Positions 45,900-58,657 are shown, counted from the whole stretch's first letter. The stretch is 63,628 nt of DNA, filler included, from Olpidium bornovanus S191 (GCA_017911155.1; 31 parts of 31 records of this genome joined end to end with filler, not necessarily neighbours in it); one strand, 5' to 3'. Notes: a model not told the origin generated them from the sequence alone. Made by a program: numbers and translations.

Positions 45900-46950
45900 C
45901 GCTAAAGCTTCCGCGGCGGCACCCCGTCCGAGAGGCCTGGTCTGTGACGGGCCTATTCTGGACTACGAACCGGTTTCGATACACATCGTACACCCGGCCG
46001 ACATCCGACTTGAAGAATGTCCTCTTCAAGCACGATCTTCGTTGGTTTGCCCCTCTTACCTGAACTAGCCACGGCCGCGCCTTCCGCAGGCTCAAGGGCA
46101 AGAGCTGCTTCCCGCTCTCGTACCGCTTTGAAAAATCGTCCGACCAGGTCCAGCTCCCCTAGCCATGAATAATTGCGTTCTGGAAGCGGCACGCCCCACA
46201 GGGTAGACACGGAACTGCGTTTGTTGCGCAGCTTGAGGTTCCGTGAGTCCAGCGTCTATCAGTTGTTGCAAAAAAATTCACTGCACGAGCGAAGTCGTGT
46301 TCCGTTGGATCAAAATTCCGTTCGTCACACCAGCCGCAACCACCGTTCCCACGGTGCCTCGCATCCCTTCCGAGTGGTATTACGATATCCAAATTGGGCG
46401 GGCAGGAGGTCGGCTGCACTGCCCGAAAGGCTTTCCGTGAGGAAGCGTCCGCGGAGATGCGCCAGACCACCACCATCGTCCTCGGCGCGTCCAATCCAAT
46501 TGAGAGGAACGTGTTCGGGTGATCTGGCAATAAGTAACGGTCGCTGCACCAGCATCGCGAGCAGCTCTGGATACCACGCTTGTGACGGCCAGATCGGCCC
46601 GAGTAGTGTCACCTTCACCCCTTCGGTACGCACCTTCGGGCCAGCACCTTCGGAATCAAAGCCCAAGGCGCTGGGTACAGCCAGAGGTTCTCCTCCTTCC
46701 AATTCATCTGGAAGGCGTCCTCCGCGTTTCGCCCCGTGGTCCATCCCCCGGGCGCAGAAGCGTGGGAGTTGTGCATTGACTGCCGAGGCCATTTCGTCGG
46801 CCGTGTGCGGCCCAAAACCGTCGAGCCGTGTCGATCCGGGCGAAGAGAAATGCATCGAGTCGCACTTCCATCTTCGGCGTCAACCTCGGAAGAAAAACGC
46901 GAGTCGCGGTGTCGACTTGCTCAGGCGAGCCGCGTTGTATAAGTGAGAGG
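45900..46950 (-). mobile_element. Degenerate DIRS-type (tyrosine recombinase) retrotransposon: Dam-like methyltransferase domain and YR N-terminus
   Basis: Across frameshifts: FGPHTADEMASAVNAQLPRFCAR / DAFQMNWKEENLWLYPAPWALIPKVL / VTLLGPIWPSQAWYPELLAML, then SLSGSAADLL...NTTRKGCEAPWERWLRLV and LDLVGRFFKAVR. Confidence 0.8.
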
Positions 46951-47149
46951 CAAAAGGGACAACGTGGGCTCTTGGCTGCGGAGGGCTGGCCGGTCGGGAA
47001 AAAGGGGAGCGCGAAAGGGGCTTTGAAACTCTCTTTAAACCTTCCTTCGAAGGTGTTGGCGATGTCGCTCAGGTCCCAGGGAGCTGCCGCCCCCGCTTCG
47101 TCGGGGCCGCAGTCGCAAGGCGCACCTTTTTTTGCTGTGTAGTTCGTTA

Positions 47150-47753
47150 AAGCTGTTATAGTCCAACCTGGATATTCCTCAACCTTAAGGTTGATACAAA
47201 AATGTAACTTAGATATTCCTCAACCCGCCAATGTTACATCACATTACGTCATAATTCACAACTTCCAGAAAATGCATCAAAATGCTCCTAAATGCGTCTT
47301 AAATGCCTCTAAATCGCACTTCCTGTTTGGTCATTTGGCTTGCCTATTTACACCGTTTTTGGCTTTTTTCCCTCCATTCTGCCACTTTTTTGATGCTGTT
47401 TTTCTTTTGCCAAATTTTGAAATATATTAATTTTTGCTAAAAGTTGAATACCCAAATACTCAAATTTTCTCCTATGGAAACAATTTATTAATTAATAGTA
47501 AAAATGTTCTCTACATGCCATGGAGAGGCAAAAACTTCCTTCACGCCTTACCAACATTTCATGGCATTTACAGCCACTTGGTCGATAAATATTTCTCTCT
47601 CTTCAGAAAAAAATTCATTCAAAGATATCTCCCTCCTTTTGTTTTATTTGACAATCATCACACTTCATTTTCCGAGGTATCCACTCAAATTTTTTTGCGA
47701 GGTATCCACTGAAATTTTTTTTTTGCAAGGTGTTCACTCAAATATTTTTTGCA
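47150..47753. other. AT-rich repeat-structured island
   Basis: Roughly 20-40% GC by line, against about 60% elsewhere; contains direct repeats, a 16-bp palindrome and a three-copy tandem repeat of about 29 bp at the end. Confidence 0.7.
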
Positions 47754-47853
47754 NNNNNNNNNNNNNNNNNNNNNNNNNNNNNNNNNNNNNNNNNNNNTTA
47801 ATTAATTAANNNNNNNNNNNNNNNNNNNNNNNNNNNNNNNNNNNNNNNNNNNN

Positions 47854-48867
47854 ACCCCAACGGGCATCCAAAGCTGCGAACCAGGCGGGGTGCAGCTTCC
47901 AATCAGTAGTGTGCGAACGTGAAGCGAGGAACGACGAAGCGTCGTCAGGGAGAGGCGGGCGATAGGCCACTGAAAACACAAGAGGCTCCGGCATTGGAAC
48001 AACACTTTCATCAGGGGGGCGAAGCCCGCCCCCGATGTCATCACTTAGCGGCAAAAGAACTTTGTCCTTGACGTCGTTTCCGTGTCCTTCTTCAAAGGCG
48101 TCGTCGAGCGAGCGATCCAACATAAAACGATATGCCAAACGATATGATGACGCGGGCAAACGATCCAACGCGGCGCTGTTGTTGTTGAGGGCGTAAAGAA
48201 CCTTGTCCTCGACGCCGTCGTCGAGCAAACGATCCAAAAGATCCAACGCGACGGCATCCAAATCATCGGACGCGGCGGCATCTTCGGCATCCTCCTCCCC
48301 CTCCTGCTCGGCAACGAGGCGAGAAAGTGCATCTGCATTACGGTGGCGAGCTGCACTGCGTTGACAACATTCAAAGAGAAAGTCGGCAAAAAACATGACC
48401 CAACGGGCGAACTTGCCGGAGAGGTCGGGCTTCTTGATCAAATCAACGATCGCCGTACAGTCGGTCCACAGAACAAAAGGAGAGTGTAAAAAAAACGGGC
48501 GGTGTTCGCGACAGGAACGGACAACTGCGAGACATTCCCGTTTTGGCTGACTGTAGTTCTGCTCCGTCCGCGAGAGCTTCCAACTGCCATAGTAGCACAC
48601 CCTGTGGTGGCCGGAGTCGTCGCGTTGATACAGGTTGCCGGAAATCGCGTGTGAACCAGCATCGACTGCGAGCTCGAAGGTGTACGACGGATCGGGGTGA
48701 GTAACGACAGGAGCAGAGGCCCCTTCAAAGAACAGAAGCTCTCTTCTTCAACGGAGGTCCAGCGCCAAGGCGTCGATTTGCGCATAAGATCCGTGAGCGG
48801 GGCAGCAATGGCGGCGAAGTCGACCAGCAAGCGGCGGAAGTATTGCGCAAGTCCGACAAATTCGCGC
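47854..48867 (-). mobile_element. Ty3/Gypsy pol fragment (RT thumb/connection and RNase H), frameshifted
   Basis: FAAIAAPLTDLMRKSTPWRWTSVEEESF...AVDAGSHAISGNLYQ...CYYGSWKLSRTEQNYSQPKRECLAVV...FVLWTDCTAI...GKFARW...HRNADALSRL. Confidence 0.92.
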
Positions 48868-49258
48868 NNNNNNNNNNNNNNNNNNNNNNNNNNNNNNNNN
48901 NNNNNNNNNNNTTAATTAATTAANNNNNNNNNNNNNNNNNNNNNNNNNNNNNNNNNNNNNNNNNNNNAGTCGTGTACTTTAATTTGACCACCAGGCGGCA
49001 CAGTCTACGAAAGGGGCTTCACTATATACGATGCCGGCCGGCGTGAGTGTCTGAGACGCCCGGAAGCTGCTCACGACAGGCTAGAAAACCTTTTGCAGCG
49101 GGACAAACAAAAAAATCCAGCGGGAAAAAGGGAATCCCTCCCATATGGACGGCATTGTCGAGCGGTTCGATGTCATGACAGGCGAGTCAACGACGCCGAG
49201 TGGTTCGATGTTTTGACAGGCGAGTTAACAACACACGAGGCGGCCGGAGACGTTAAAA

Positions 49259-49400
49259 ATGATGCTCGCGGAAGGCGACAGCATGAGGAAAGCAACGCGC
49301 ATCATCTCCCACCAATATGTCGGTGGGCGGGAAAGGGGATACGACTCTAAGGTCCAATGGAAAGAGCGCGGTCAGCTGGGAGGGCCCCCTGGCATTAATC
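49259..49400 (+). pseudogene. Possible degenerate chromodomain (chromoviral Gypsy integrase tail)
   Basis: RIISHQYVGGRERGYDSKVQWKER, continuing after a frameshift as VSWEGPL. Confidence 0.3.
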
Positions 49401-50276
49401 ATTCTGCCCGAAGCAAACTTCGACGCTCCTCGAGCCCGCAGTCGAGCAAGGGGGCGCTGATGGGATCCGGTACGAGCCAGATCATGTGCGCAGACCGATG
49501 GGCCATGGATAGCGCCGAAGGCGCGCACTGTCAAGACTGCGTTCAAAGGGAGTGAAACTTCAAAAATGGCGGGTAATAAGATTTTTTTTTTGTTCCCCCT
49601 TCCTATCCAACCAGGATTCCAAACCGACCGGCCAACTAAAGAAAAAAAAAATTATGAAGCCTCCCCGCTTCTTGGTCTTGTTTTGGTCTTGGTCTTGGAG
49701 TGGAGGGTGACGAAAGAAGGAGCGTCAGTGGTCAGAGCGCAGTTGCAACGAAGGTCACCTACCACGGAGGACGGCTTGTGCCGGGACGGATAGTCTTGGA
49801 CGTTCTTTTCCTTTTTTTGATGGGAGGGGAGGGGATAGTGGAGAGTAGAATATGTTGGAGCCGAGCCGAAGAGGAAGGCGAAGACGCGGCGTACGCCGCG
49901 AGCCTGAAAGAACGGAAAGAAAGGAAAACAGTCTTCGAGGGGTTTGTTTACTCGTTTCCCCTGGTCCTATTTTATATGGCGGCGAGTAAGGAATCTACAC
50001 AGGGGTAACGCAGGCTGGTGCACACAGTGCATCTACGCCTCAGTCCCCCTTTATTCTACAGCCCGCCTCACTGGGCGCGCCATTGCCCATTCCGCCCAAG
50101 AAACTGGAATCTATGACCTTTTCCTTCCGCCCTCCTGCCCCTCGGCTGTTTTACGTTTGGCTTTGCTCGCCCATGGNNNNNNNNNNNNNNNNNNNNNNNN
50201 NNNNNNNNNNNNNNNNNNNNTTAATTAATTAANNNNNNNNNNNNNNNNNNNNNNNNNNNNNNNNNNNNNNNNNNNN

Positions 50277-52164
50277 CATGCTTTTGGGAATAGGCTACGG
50301 GATGTTGGTCGGTGAGAGTAAGTTTGAGTCTTCCCGGTTGCTTACGTTCCGACAGATCTGGTGCGTACCGCCGCACTTATATTCCGGCCGTGGACCTGTT
50401 TCCGGGCTTATTATCTGGTTTTCCAGTGTTTGACAAGGAGCAGCGGCCAAAATTCCAAAATACGGCAATCAACGCGCTGAAGAAAGCGGTCGCGCTCCAC
50501 CCGGCAAACTGGGAGGCCGCTTACGCCCTCGCCGTGCAGCATGCCTCCGTCGGAAACGTCGACCAGGCGATCTCCGTTGCAGAAAAGGCCTTGTCGCTGA
50601 ACTCGCGGTACACGAATACGTACCACCTTCTGGTCATATTGTTGACTGCGAAGCGGAGGTTAGACGGCGCCCTGCTCGTATGTGACGCCGGGCTGCTAGA
50701 CTCGGACGGACCGGAAGCCTTGTCCGCGTTCTCCTTGTCCTCATTGGGCCGCGCGCTGAGCGCCACTTCGGCAACGGCCGCTCACGCGGTGGCGGACGGC
50801 CCCGGCAGCGGAAGTGCGTCACGCTCTCCGACGGAAAACCGCGCGGCGCACACCATCACCGGTGCAGGCCCACACGGCCGCTCTCGGCCGCTGAAAACGG
50901 AGACTGCGTTTGCGGAGGAAGCGGAGGCGTATTTTGCGCTTCAAATGACCAGAATGGCCATCATCCAGGCGCAAAACGGACACCTAAGCGACGTTACGCT
51001 CAAAACTCAGGAGAGATTACACGCTCTGCACGGGAAGGTCTACGGCAGCCTGTCGACACTATGGGAGGCGCCCGGGCGGCCAGTCGCACAGGCGCTCCAA
51101 GCACGGCTGTGGATCACGTCGTCCGGTCATTGCAAGGGCCTACACGCGGAACGCAGTGGAAGCGTGTCGTCGGCAAACTCAGGCGGTAGGCCCCTGGGCG
51201 CGACAAATTCGGCCCCCGCTAAACTTCATCTACAGGACGGCGGGAACGGGAACCGCGTTTCGAACGTCGCGCCGGTCGGGACCGCCGCGGGTGGAGGCGC
51301 TGGAGCCGCAGCGAAAGGCGATGGGGGCGGGGTTATTCAGAGCAGCGCGAGCGGGACGCTGAGGCAGAAACCGTACGCCGCGTCGGTCGCCTCCGTTTCC
51401 GCCTTTTCGGTGCGCTCGCAGCTGCCGGCTGCGGGCGGCGACCTGGTCCGCAAGTCACCGTCGTTGAGCCAACTTGCGAAAGCGGCCGCCAACCCGCCAT
51501 CCGCCAACAGCACGGGCGGAATCCTGAGTTCCCTTGTTCCCGACCGGCGGGGCAGGCTGCCCGAGACCCGCAGCTCGAAGCGGAACATGCGCGGGTTCAA
51601 GGCGCTCACGGAGCTCTGGCTTTTTAGCGCGCGAGGGCTGAGGGAATCCGCACTCTACGACAAGGCGGCTGAGATGCTGGACATTGCGGAAGCCGTTGGC
51701 GTCAACGAAGCCGACGTGTACTGCGAGGTGGGTGCCCGCGACGTTCTTGGAGCACATCGCCGACCCCTTTCCGCTAACCGATGCCACCGGAATGCTCCCG
51801 CTCCGAACGAAAATTCGATTGGGACCCCGCGCAGCGGGCTCTCCTGCTAATTGATCAATCTCTGCACGAGGAGGCTCTGGCGTGCCTCCTCCGCGCCCTT
51901 TCCAACGACGCGCACCACGTCCGGTCGGAGGTCGCGCTCGGGAAGCTCCACCTTGCCATGGGTAGACTAGACCTGGCCGAAGGAGTCCTAACTGCCGCCA
52001 CTGAGGGCCTCGGGTGGGCGTCTCCCGAGGCTTGGCTGCTGCTCGGCAAGGTCTACTCCGCAATGGGGCGGTACCGGCGAGCAAGGGAGTGCCTCCTGTT
52101 CGCCGCCAGCTGGGACTCAGTCACCGGCCTGAAAGACGTAGGCCTACTTCCCCAGTGTCCCTAA
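50277..52164 (+). CDS. YPP1: TPR protein Ypp1/TTC7 (PI4-kinase complex scaffold), C-terminal half
   Basis: AINALKKAVALHPANWEAAYALAVQHA...YHLLVILLTAKRRLDGALLVCDAGL...LWLFSA...EEALACLLRALSNDAHHVRSEVALGKL...LAEGVLTAATEGLGWASPEAWLLLGKVYSAMG...ARECLLFA. Confidence 0.85.
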
Positions 52165-52370
52165 TTACCTTACTACCGGTATATATTTATTCCCACCATT
52201 CTCCCCCCCCCCCCCCTTTTTTTTTTTCCCGCCATTGGCTTCGCAGGGGGGGGGGGGGGGGGCCCCCCTCNNNNNNNNNNNNNNNNNNNNNNNNNNNNNN
52301 NNNNNNNNNNNNNNTTAATTAATTAANNNNNNNNNNNNNNNNNNNNNNNNNNNNNNNNNNNNNNNNNNNN

Positions 52371-52556
52371 CATGGTTCGGACAAGGTCGACGATGCTGGG
52401 CGCCGCATTACAGCCGTCGAGCGTGACGAGGATGAGGGCCAGGTCGGCGAAGATATTGGGGGTGATGAAGACGACGAAGAGGTTTCGCTCGTGTACGATG
52501 CAGACCTAAGGCTATACATCGATCCCATCAGCGGTAAATACTATGATGCTGAGTGA
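52371..52556 (+). CDS. CFAP20DC: C-terminus of a CFAP20DC (C3orf67)-like protein
   Basis: Acidic stretch, then EEVSLVYDADLRLYIDPISGKYYDAE*, similar to the human C3orf67 end [22 protein letters not shown] as recalled. Confidence 0.55.
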   Translation, partial: HGSDKVDDAGRRITAVERDEDEGQVGEDIGGDEDDEEVSLVYDADLRLYIDPISGKYYDAE

Positions 52557-53547
52557 TGGTCCCCCGCGCGGTGAATGGTTGATCTGTCTCGGGTAGGATG
52601 TGTTTTGCTAGGGGGGATCTCGCCCTTTTCGGGACGGGGCCGTGTTCTGTTTCCGGTATCGGCGTGCGACTCGCGGACATTGGACGAAGCGCTAAGATTT
52701 TCTTCTGCATTGGACGCTCAACTGCAAAAGTTCGGACTTCAGCCGGGGGCCGACCGTGGAAATGTCGATTGCCGTCTGCTGGCAGCTTTGGCGGCAAGCA
52801 GCGGTCGGCAGCGGCCGTTTTCGGCGGTACCGTGTGCGCCCCACCCACCTCAGTCATTACCGAACGGACCACGTTCTCGGGGTGCATATACGTTACGAGA
52901 GCGGAGTTCCCACCCCGTGGGTCTCGCCGGCCGGTAATGCGACTGCTCATGTTTCTCAGTTAACTTTAAATTCACGGGCGTTCGGAGTTTGGAATTCTGC
53001 AAATTTTCATGTGCGTCGGAGTGCGAGCTGTGCATTGCCATGACACACCCCCAATACCAAGACGGGCGCAGGCGGTGAAGGTCAAAGAAGACGCTCCCTC
53101 CACGGTGGTTTTGGCATGGCGCGTTCGATTTTCTCGCTTGCCGGAGAAGCAGCGGTTGCTCGTCACGGGGCAATGGAAAGAAAGGGGAGGCGGAGGTGAG
53201 GGCGTGCAAATGGTCCTTTTGGCCCCTCATTTTGGTGGTGTTTTCATCCTCACGGGCATCTGCTGCCCTGTAAATAATTTATACGGGGTGCAGGTTTCTG
53301 AAACGCCTGCACTGCGTTTCGCGACGTGAGCGGCGGCGAAGCCCTTACTTGACCCCCGGCCAGCGGCGTGTCCGATCCCGCCCAGCCAGAATTTCCCGTC
53401 AGCTTCCGCCAGGATTGCCTCGGGGCTGTCCGACGGGAAGCGCCGGGGAAAGCCTCCCGCGGGTGACACCACTCTTGCTCGGGTTCCGCGCGGCTTCGCT
53501 CTGAGAATCTGCGCGCTTTCCGGCCGCGATCCCCGGCGACCAGCTTG

Positions 53548-55760
53548 ATGGCAACGCCGGAGCCAACGCCGTCGGACGACTCAGACGTGAACGTCCGGTT
53601 CAGGAGGGCGCTGCAGCCGCGTCATAACACGTTCGATGACCAGGACACGGATCATGCGAGCGGGACGGACGACGAGGCCGGGCGGTACCGGAAGCTGGTG
53701 CGTGCGATCGTGGTGAAGCGGCGATCAAGCGCCGCCCACATGAATGGACGTCTCACATCCCGTATCCGCTACTCCCGCGCCGTAGTTGAGGAGCTCCAGG
53801 GGCCTTGGAAACCGCTTGCATGCTGGTTTGGAGCTGTCGGACACGGAGGGGAGCGTATCACCCGGTGCGGACATCGCGGGGGACGGGGAGGGGAAGGGGT
53901 TGACTCTGCGCGCGCGCTCCCGATCAGTTCAGCCGTCGCCCTGACTCCGCCGTAGCGAGCGCAGGAAAGAGAAGGAAAGAGCTGGGCGATAGCCCTCCTT
54001 CGCCGGCTCACCAGCAATCTGAAGATTACGCGTTGAACACGGAGGACTCCGAAGATGACACGGTACCGTGAGGCGGATCTTTGGCAGGAGCGTAATTCGT
54101 CAGCTCCGCTGGAAGCTAAAACCGCCGTTGTCGAACAGGGAAGCGTGCGCGGTGCCCCGGAAACAGCGGTCGTGCCTGAAGCGGGGAAGCCGCAGTCGCC
54201 GGACACCCTCCGAGCGGGCTCGCAGGTCAGACTCGGCGGACGGAGGGCTAGCGGCGCGCTCAGTCAGCGCCAAGTGATAAACGACGACAGCGACGACGAC
54301 GGCCGCCGCGTGGTTGCCGGTGCGAACCCTGCAGCGGGGCAATATGGGTGCGGATCATCTTTTCTGACAGGAGGCTCTGACCGGCGCGGGCCGGGACAGG
54401 CGGATGACGCCCTCCACTCGCCCGCGCAGATTTGCGAAGAGAGCCGCAGGCGCGGCTGCCGCCGCTTCAGGAGCGGCAGACCAGAAATCCGGCGCGGAGG
54501 GCGCGCGGCGAAGTTCTGGAGCGGCGGCTGCGGTCACCGGGTCGACCGCTTCCGTGTCGTCGTCCATCACCACTGTCGGACTCTCCGACGAGATCAAAGA
54601 GCTTCTGGCTTATGTAGGGAGGTACAAACCACAGGACATCGATCTGGAACCGGAGCTGAAGCCCTTCATCCCGGATTACATACCAGCTGTTGGCGACATC
54701 GACGCATTCATCAAGGTTTCCAGTCGTTTGCTTTAAACGACGTCCGGGGAAGTCGCGCAATTGACTGCTGGGTGGATTTCCTGACGACATAACCTTTAAC
54801 GGGGAAGATACCAAGGCCGGACGGCAAAGCCGACACTTTGGGCCTGACAACCGTGGATGAGCCTAGTGGAAAACAATCTGATCCAACTGGTACCATCTGT
54901 CAACCATCTTTGCGCTGTGACTTGCGTTTTCCCGTTCTTTGTCGCGGCAGGAACCGCTGACCGGATTGTTACGGCTGCTTCGACAACAGTGCTGGATCTC
55001 CAGCTCCGTATATTGTCCAAGACATCGACCGCAGGCCCTATGACTGTGCACTCGATCGACGGGGAAGCGATGAAGAGCCGCAAGGGCGAGGCGCGCCTTG
55101 ATCAGTGGCTGAAAAACATCCGGAATTTGCACGAGTCCAAGCCGCCGCCTTCGGTGCACTTCGGGAGACGGATGCCTGACGTGGAGGAGCTGATGCAGGA
55201 GTGGCCAAAGGAGATTGAGGTGATATGGGGACAGGTGAGGACGCGGATTCTTGCGAGTCCGTCTCACATGATTGAGAAGTACTCGAGACTCCGCTTGTCG
55301 CCGAGCCGACTGTGCAGCGGTATTTTTTTTTTTCCCTTTTCATTTTTTTTTTCTCACCCGCTGACCCCGACAAGTTTCACAGCTTCAGCCGCCTTCTGCG
55401 GAGCTGAATATCTCCCTCGCCGACTACGCTCGATTGATCTGCGTCCTGCTCGACATCCCCGTTCCGGCCACGACGGACGGCGGTGGCGGCCCCAGTTCAA
55501 ACGCCAACCCGGCGACCTCGGGCCCGACTCGGAAGGTGGGCCGGGGACTCATCGAGTCGCTCTACATGCTGTTCACGCTGTACGCCGAGTTCAGGAACAG
55601 TCAGCATTTTGTCAAATCCGTGGGCGAAGGGTGGTGGCCCACCAATGCCCTGGTGGCCGGAGGTGACGCAGAGGGGCCTGGATGGGGCAGGGGAGAAGGA
55701 GGAGGTATGGGAGGGTCGCAGGAGAGCGGCATCCAGGGGAGTGTCATTTCAGAGTATTGA
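53548..55760 (+). CDS. IFT46: Intraflagellar transport complex B protein 46
   Basis: LSDEIKELLAYVGRYKPQDIDLEPELKPFIPDYIPAVGDIDAFIK/IPRPDGKADTLGLTTVDEP...TVLDLQLR...LDQWLKNIRNLHESKPPPSVHFGRRMPDVEELMQEWP...YARLICVLLDIPV...IESLYMLFTLYAEFRNSQHF. Confidence 0.95.
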
Positions 55761-55970
55761 ACGTGAAGGATTTACATTTTATGGAAAAATGTGAGCATGA
55801 CTTGGAACTGCGCTATAATCAACCTTTAGGCACAGTCAAACCTGCGTCGGCGTCGTCGGCCATTAAAAACNNNNNNNNNNNNNNNNNNNNNNNNNNNNNN
55901 NNNNNNNNNNNNNNTTAATTAATTAANNNNNNNNNNNNNNNNNNNNNNNNNNNNNNNNNNNNNNNNNNNN

Positions 55971-58557
55971 CATGGACGTGCGGGTGCGTGTCTGCCATTC
56001 TCGGAACCTTGGCGAAAAAAAAAAACGGAAAAATGGACACGGCGGACAAACGGGCAGGGAAAAGAAAATTCAGAAATCTTCCGTTCGTTTTGCCTCGTTC
56101 TTTGACCGGAAGAAGAAGAAAAAAAGCAAGGCAGAAACAGAAAAGCGAGGTCCAACGGGTCCCAAAAATCGCGATCTCGCGTACCTCCCGCTCTTGAACG
56201 TCGCCAACACCTTGGCGCCGCTTTCCGTCCGGATCATCTTCTTGTTGTCGCTGCCCACGGTGTCCCTCCGGATAAACTTCTTTTTCTTTGAGTCCCAGCG
56301 CAGCCCCCCGCGCAGGCGGCGTTCTTCTCCGCCGAGGTCCAGCCTCGCGTCCTGCGCCTGCTCGAGGAAAGAGCCGCTGCGGATCATCGAGTAGCTGTTG
56401 CGCGCAACGATATCACCTCAGTAACCGCGGTGGTAATGCGATGGATCGACCGTTGCCGAACAGCCGGGCTGACGCAATGCCGTGGTAAAGGGACATACCC
56501 CTTCTCAGTGTTTGCGTTGGCCTGGCTGTGCGATATGTAGAACTCCTCGTCCCGGAAGTTGCGTTCGGCTTTCTTCCGCTTCGCGTTTGCCCAGGACGAC
56601 GCGTCCCCTTTCCGCTTTTTGTCCGTGATGCCTCCGAACGCACCCTTAAAGTTAAAAGATGACAGATGGAACAACAAAACAAAGTCGGTCGTCAACCACC
56701 GAAGGCGGCCGCAGCACGATCAGTCGCCGAACAAAATAACATACAACAATCTCGTCCTCTCCAGCTTGCTTCAGTTGGACGGGGTCTAAGATTTCCGGCC
56801 TCGGACATGATTCATCTGTATTCTCCTTTGCCGCCTTGTCGTCGTCGGTGGCCGTAATCCCATTTCTCGACGAAGGAACGAGGCTTCTCACTATCTCTCT
56901 GCGTTGCTTCATCACGGCGCCGGCGGCAGACATTTTACCACCCTTGGACCCGACTTCAAAAATGGTCTGCGAGAATTTGGGTTGATATTATATTTCAACC
57001 GTCGTCAACCAAGCTATGCTCCGCTCGTGCACACACCTCTGCAGGCCTGAAACTCGAAAGCGAAGCCAAAAAATTGCTTCTTTCCACTTCCCTCTGGACT
57101 TCTTCGTCGCCTGGTTTGGCACGCAAAAGCATCAGACGTGCCACTCTGTCCACGGAATATCCGGACGTACCGCGTCAAACATCTGACTAACTGCAAAAAA
57201 CCGTACCAAACAACGGATGCACCTCCCAAAGCGACTTCTCTTTTGCCAACTCCTTCGCGCGCTTGTAGCTCTCGGGCGCGGCGCTTGGTCTACTCTTGCA
57301 ATACAGTCTACGTCCGTTATCGGCAGTCCTGCGAAGAGCATTTGCGTCGGGAACTGACCCCAACAGGTCCTGGACCCACTCCACGTCAAGTCCGACGGAG
57401 TCACGCGGGAGAGCACCCAGCGTGATTTCAGTGGTGTACGATGGAACACTGGTCGAACACCTGCCGAGGACGAGGGGCCTGCCCAAAAAGAGTTGAAGGT
57501 CGATAAGGTAAGGGAGCTGGCGGTTGTCAAATAGAAATTAGCGCTGGTCATCGAAGAAAAGCATTCAAGAAACGGACGCGACCAAGACGAAACTCACGTC
57601 CTCCGCGGTGAGCAGAGAGTACGCCCAGCCTCTCCGTCCGGCGCGTGCCGCGCGTCCAACACGGTGGACGAACACCTTGCTGCTGTCGACGAAGTCGTAA
57701 TTTACGACGTTCTCAAGCACAGGTATGTCGATTCCTCGTGCGGCAACGTCCGTCACGACTAGAATGTTAGTCCGGCCGTCCCGGAATTTGGATATGTGGA
57801 TCTTGCGCGCCGTCTGATCCATCGAACCGTATATCATCGAGCAACAGTAGCCGGCTTGCTCCAGAAGCGTGCCCAAGTACTCGACGTGGTGCTTGGTCGA
57901 GACAAAAACGATCGTCTGGTGTCCAGACGCAGAAATCTTCGAGGAAAAGGGCGGGCGGCGCTTCCCCCCCTTACCCTTTCCTGCTCCGTCTCCTTTCTGC
58001 TCGTCCTGAACAGCAACCGGCGCCTTGGGCACCCGGAGAACATCGCGCAGGAGACACAGAAGAGCTCCCTCCTTCTCGTCCGTCTTGACAACGAAGAACG
58101 CCATCTCAAGATCTTTGCTGATTTTTGTGTCCACGTCCAACCGGATTAGCGACGGATCCTGCAGTCCAGCTTTCGCGAAATCAACCAAAACACTGGGAAG
58201 CGTCGCCGAAAATAGCATTGTCTGGCGCGAAGAAGGTAGCTTGTAAAGGATCTCGTGCAACTGCACGGCAAAGCCCATCTCAAACAGCCTGGCAAACAGG
58301 TCGTCAGTCGGGTGAGACGGGCTATACCCACCAGCACAACAGGTGCAGATAGCGTGTAAGCGCTGGAAGGGTCCTACCTGTCCGCTTCATCAAACACGAC
58401 AACTTCGACTGAACGAAGGTCGAGCTCCATTTCAACGATCAGGTGCATCAAGCGGCCGGGTGTGGCAACCAAACTAGGGGAAACGGAATCAATCTCCTTT
58501 CAGCGGCCTGAAAAAGCGTTGCGCCGAATTACAAGACCAGTGTGTGGAACTCACATG
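55971..58557 (-). CDS. DBP10: DEAD-box RNA helicase Dbp10/DDX54, partial
   Basis: [36 protein letters not shown]...[10 protein letters not shown]...[12 protein letters not shown]...[20 protein letters not shown]; C-terminal [11 protein letters not shown]...[18 protein letters not shown] (DBP10CT). Confidence 0.95.
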
Positions 58558-58657
58558 NNNNNNNNNNNNNNNNNNNNNNNNNNNNNNNNNNNNNNNNNNN
58601 NTTAATTAATTAANNNNNNNNNNNNNNNNNNNNNNNNNNNNNNNNNNNNNNNNNNNN

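Noticed and set aside
2657-55970. Apparent clustering of CatSper-beta, DNAAF2, IFT46 and the toxin in one window
   Set aside because: They sit on separate contigs concatenated arbitrarily. Only CFAP20DC-like and IFT46 are physically linked.
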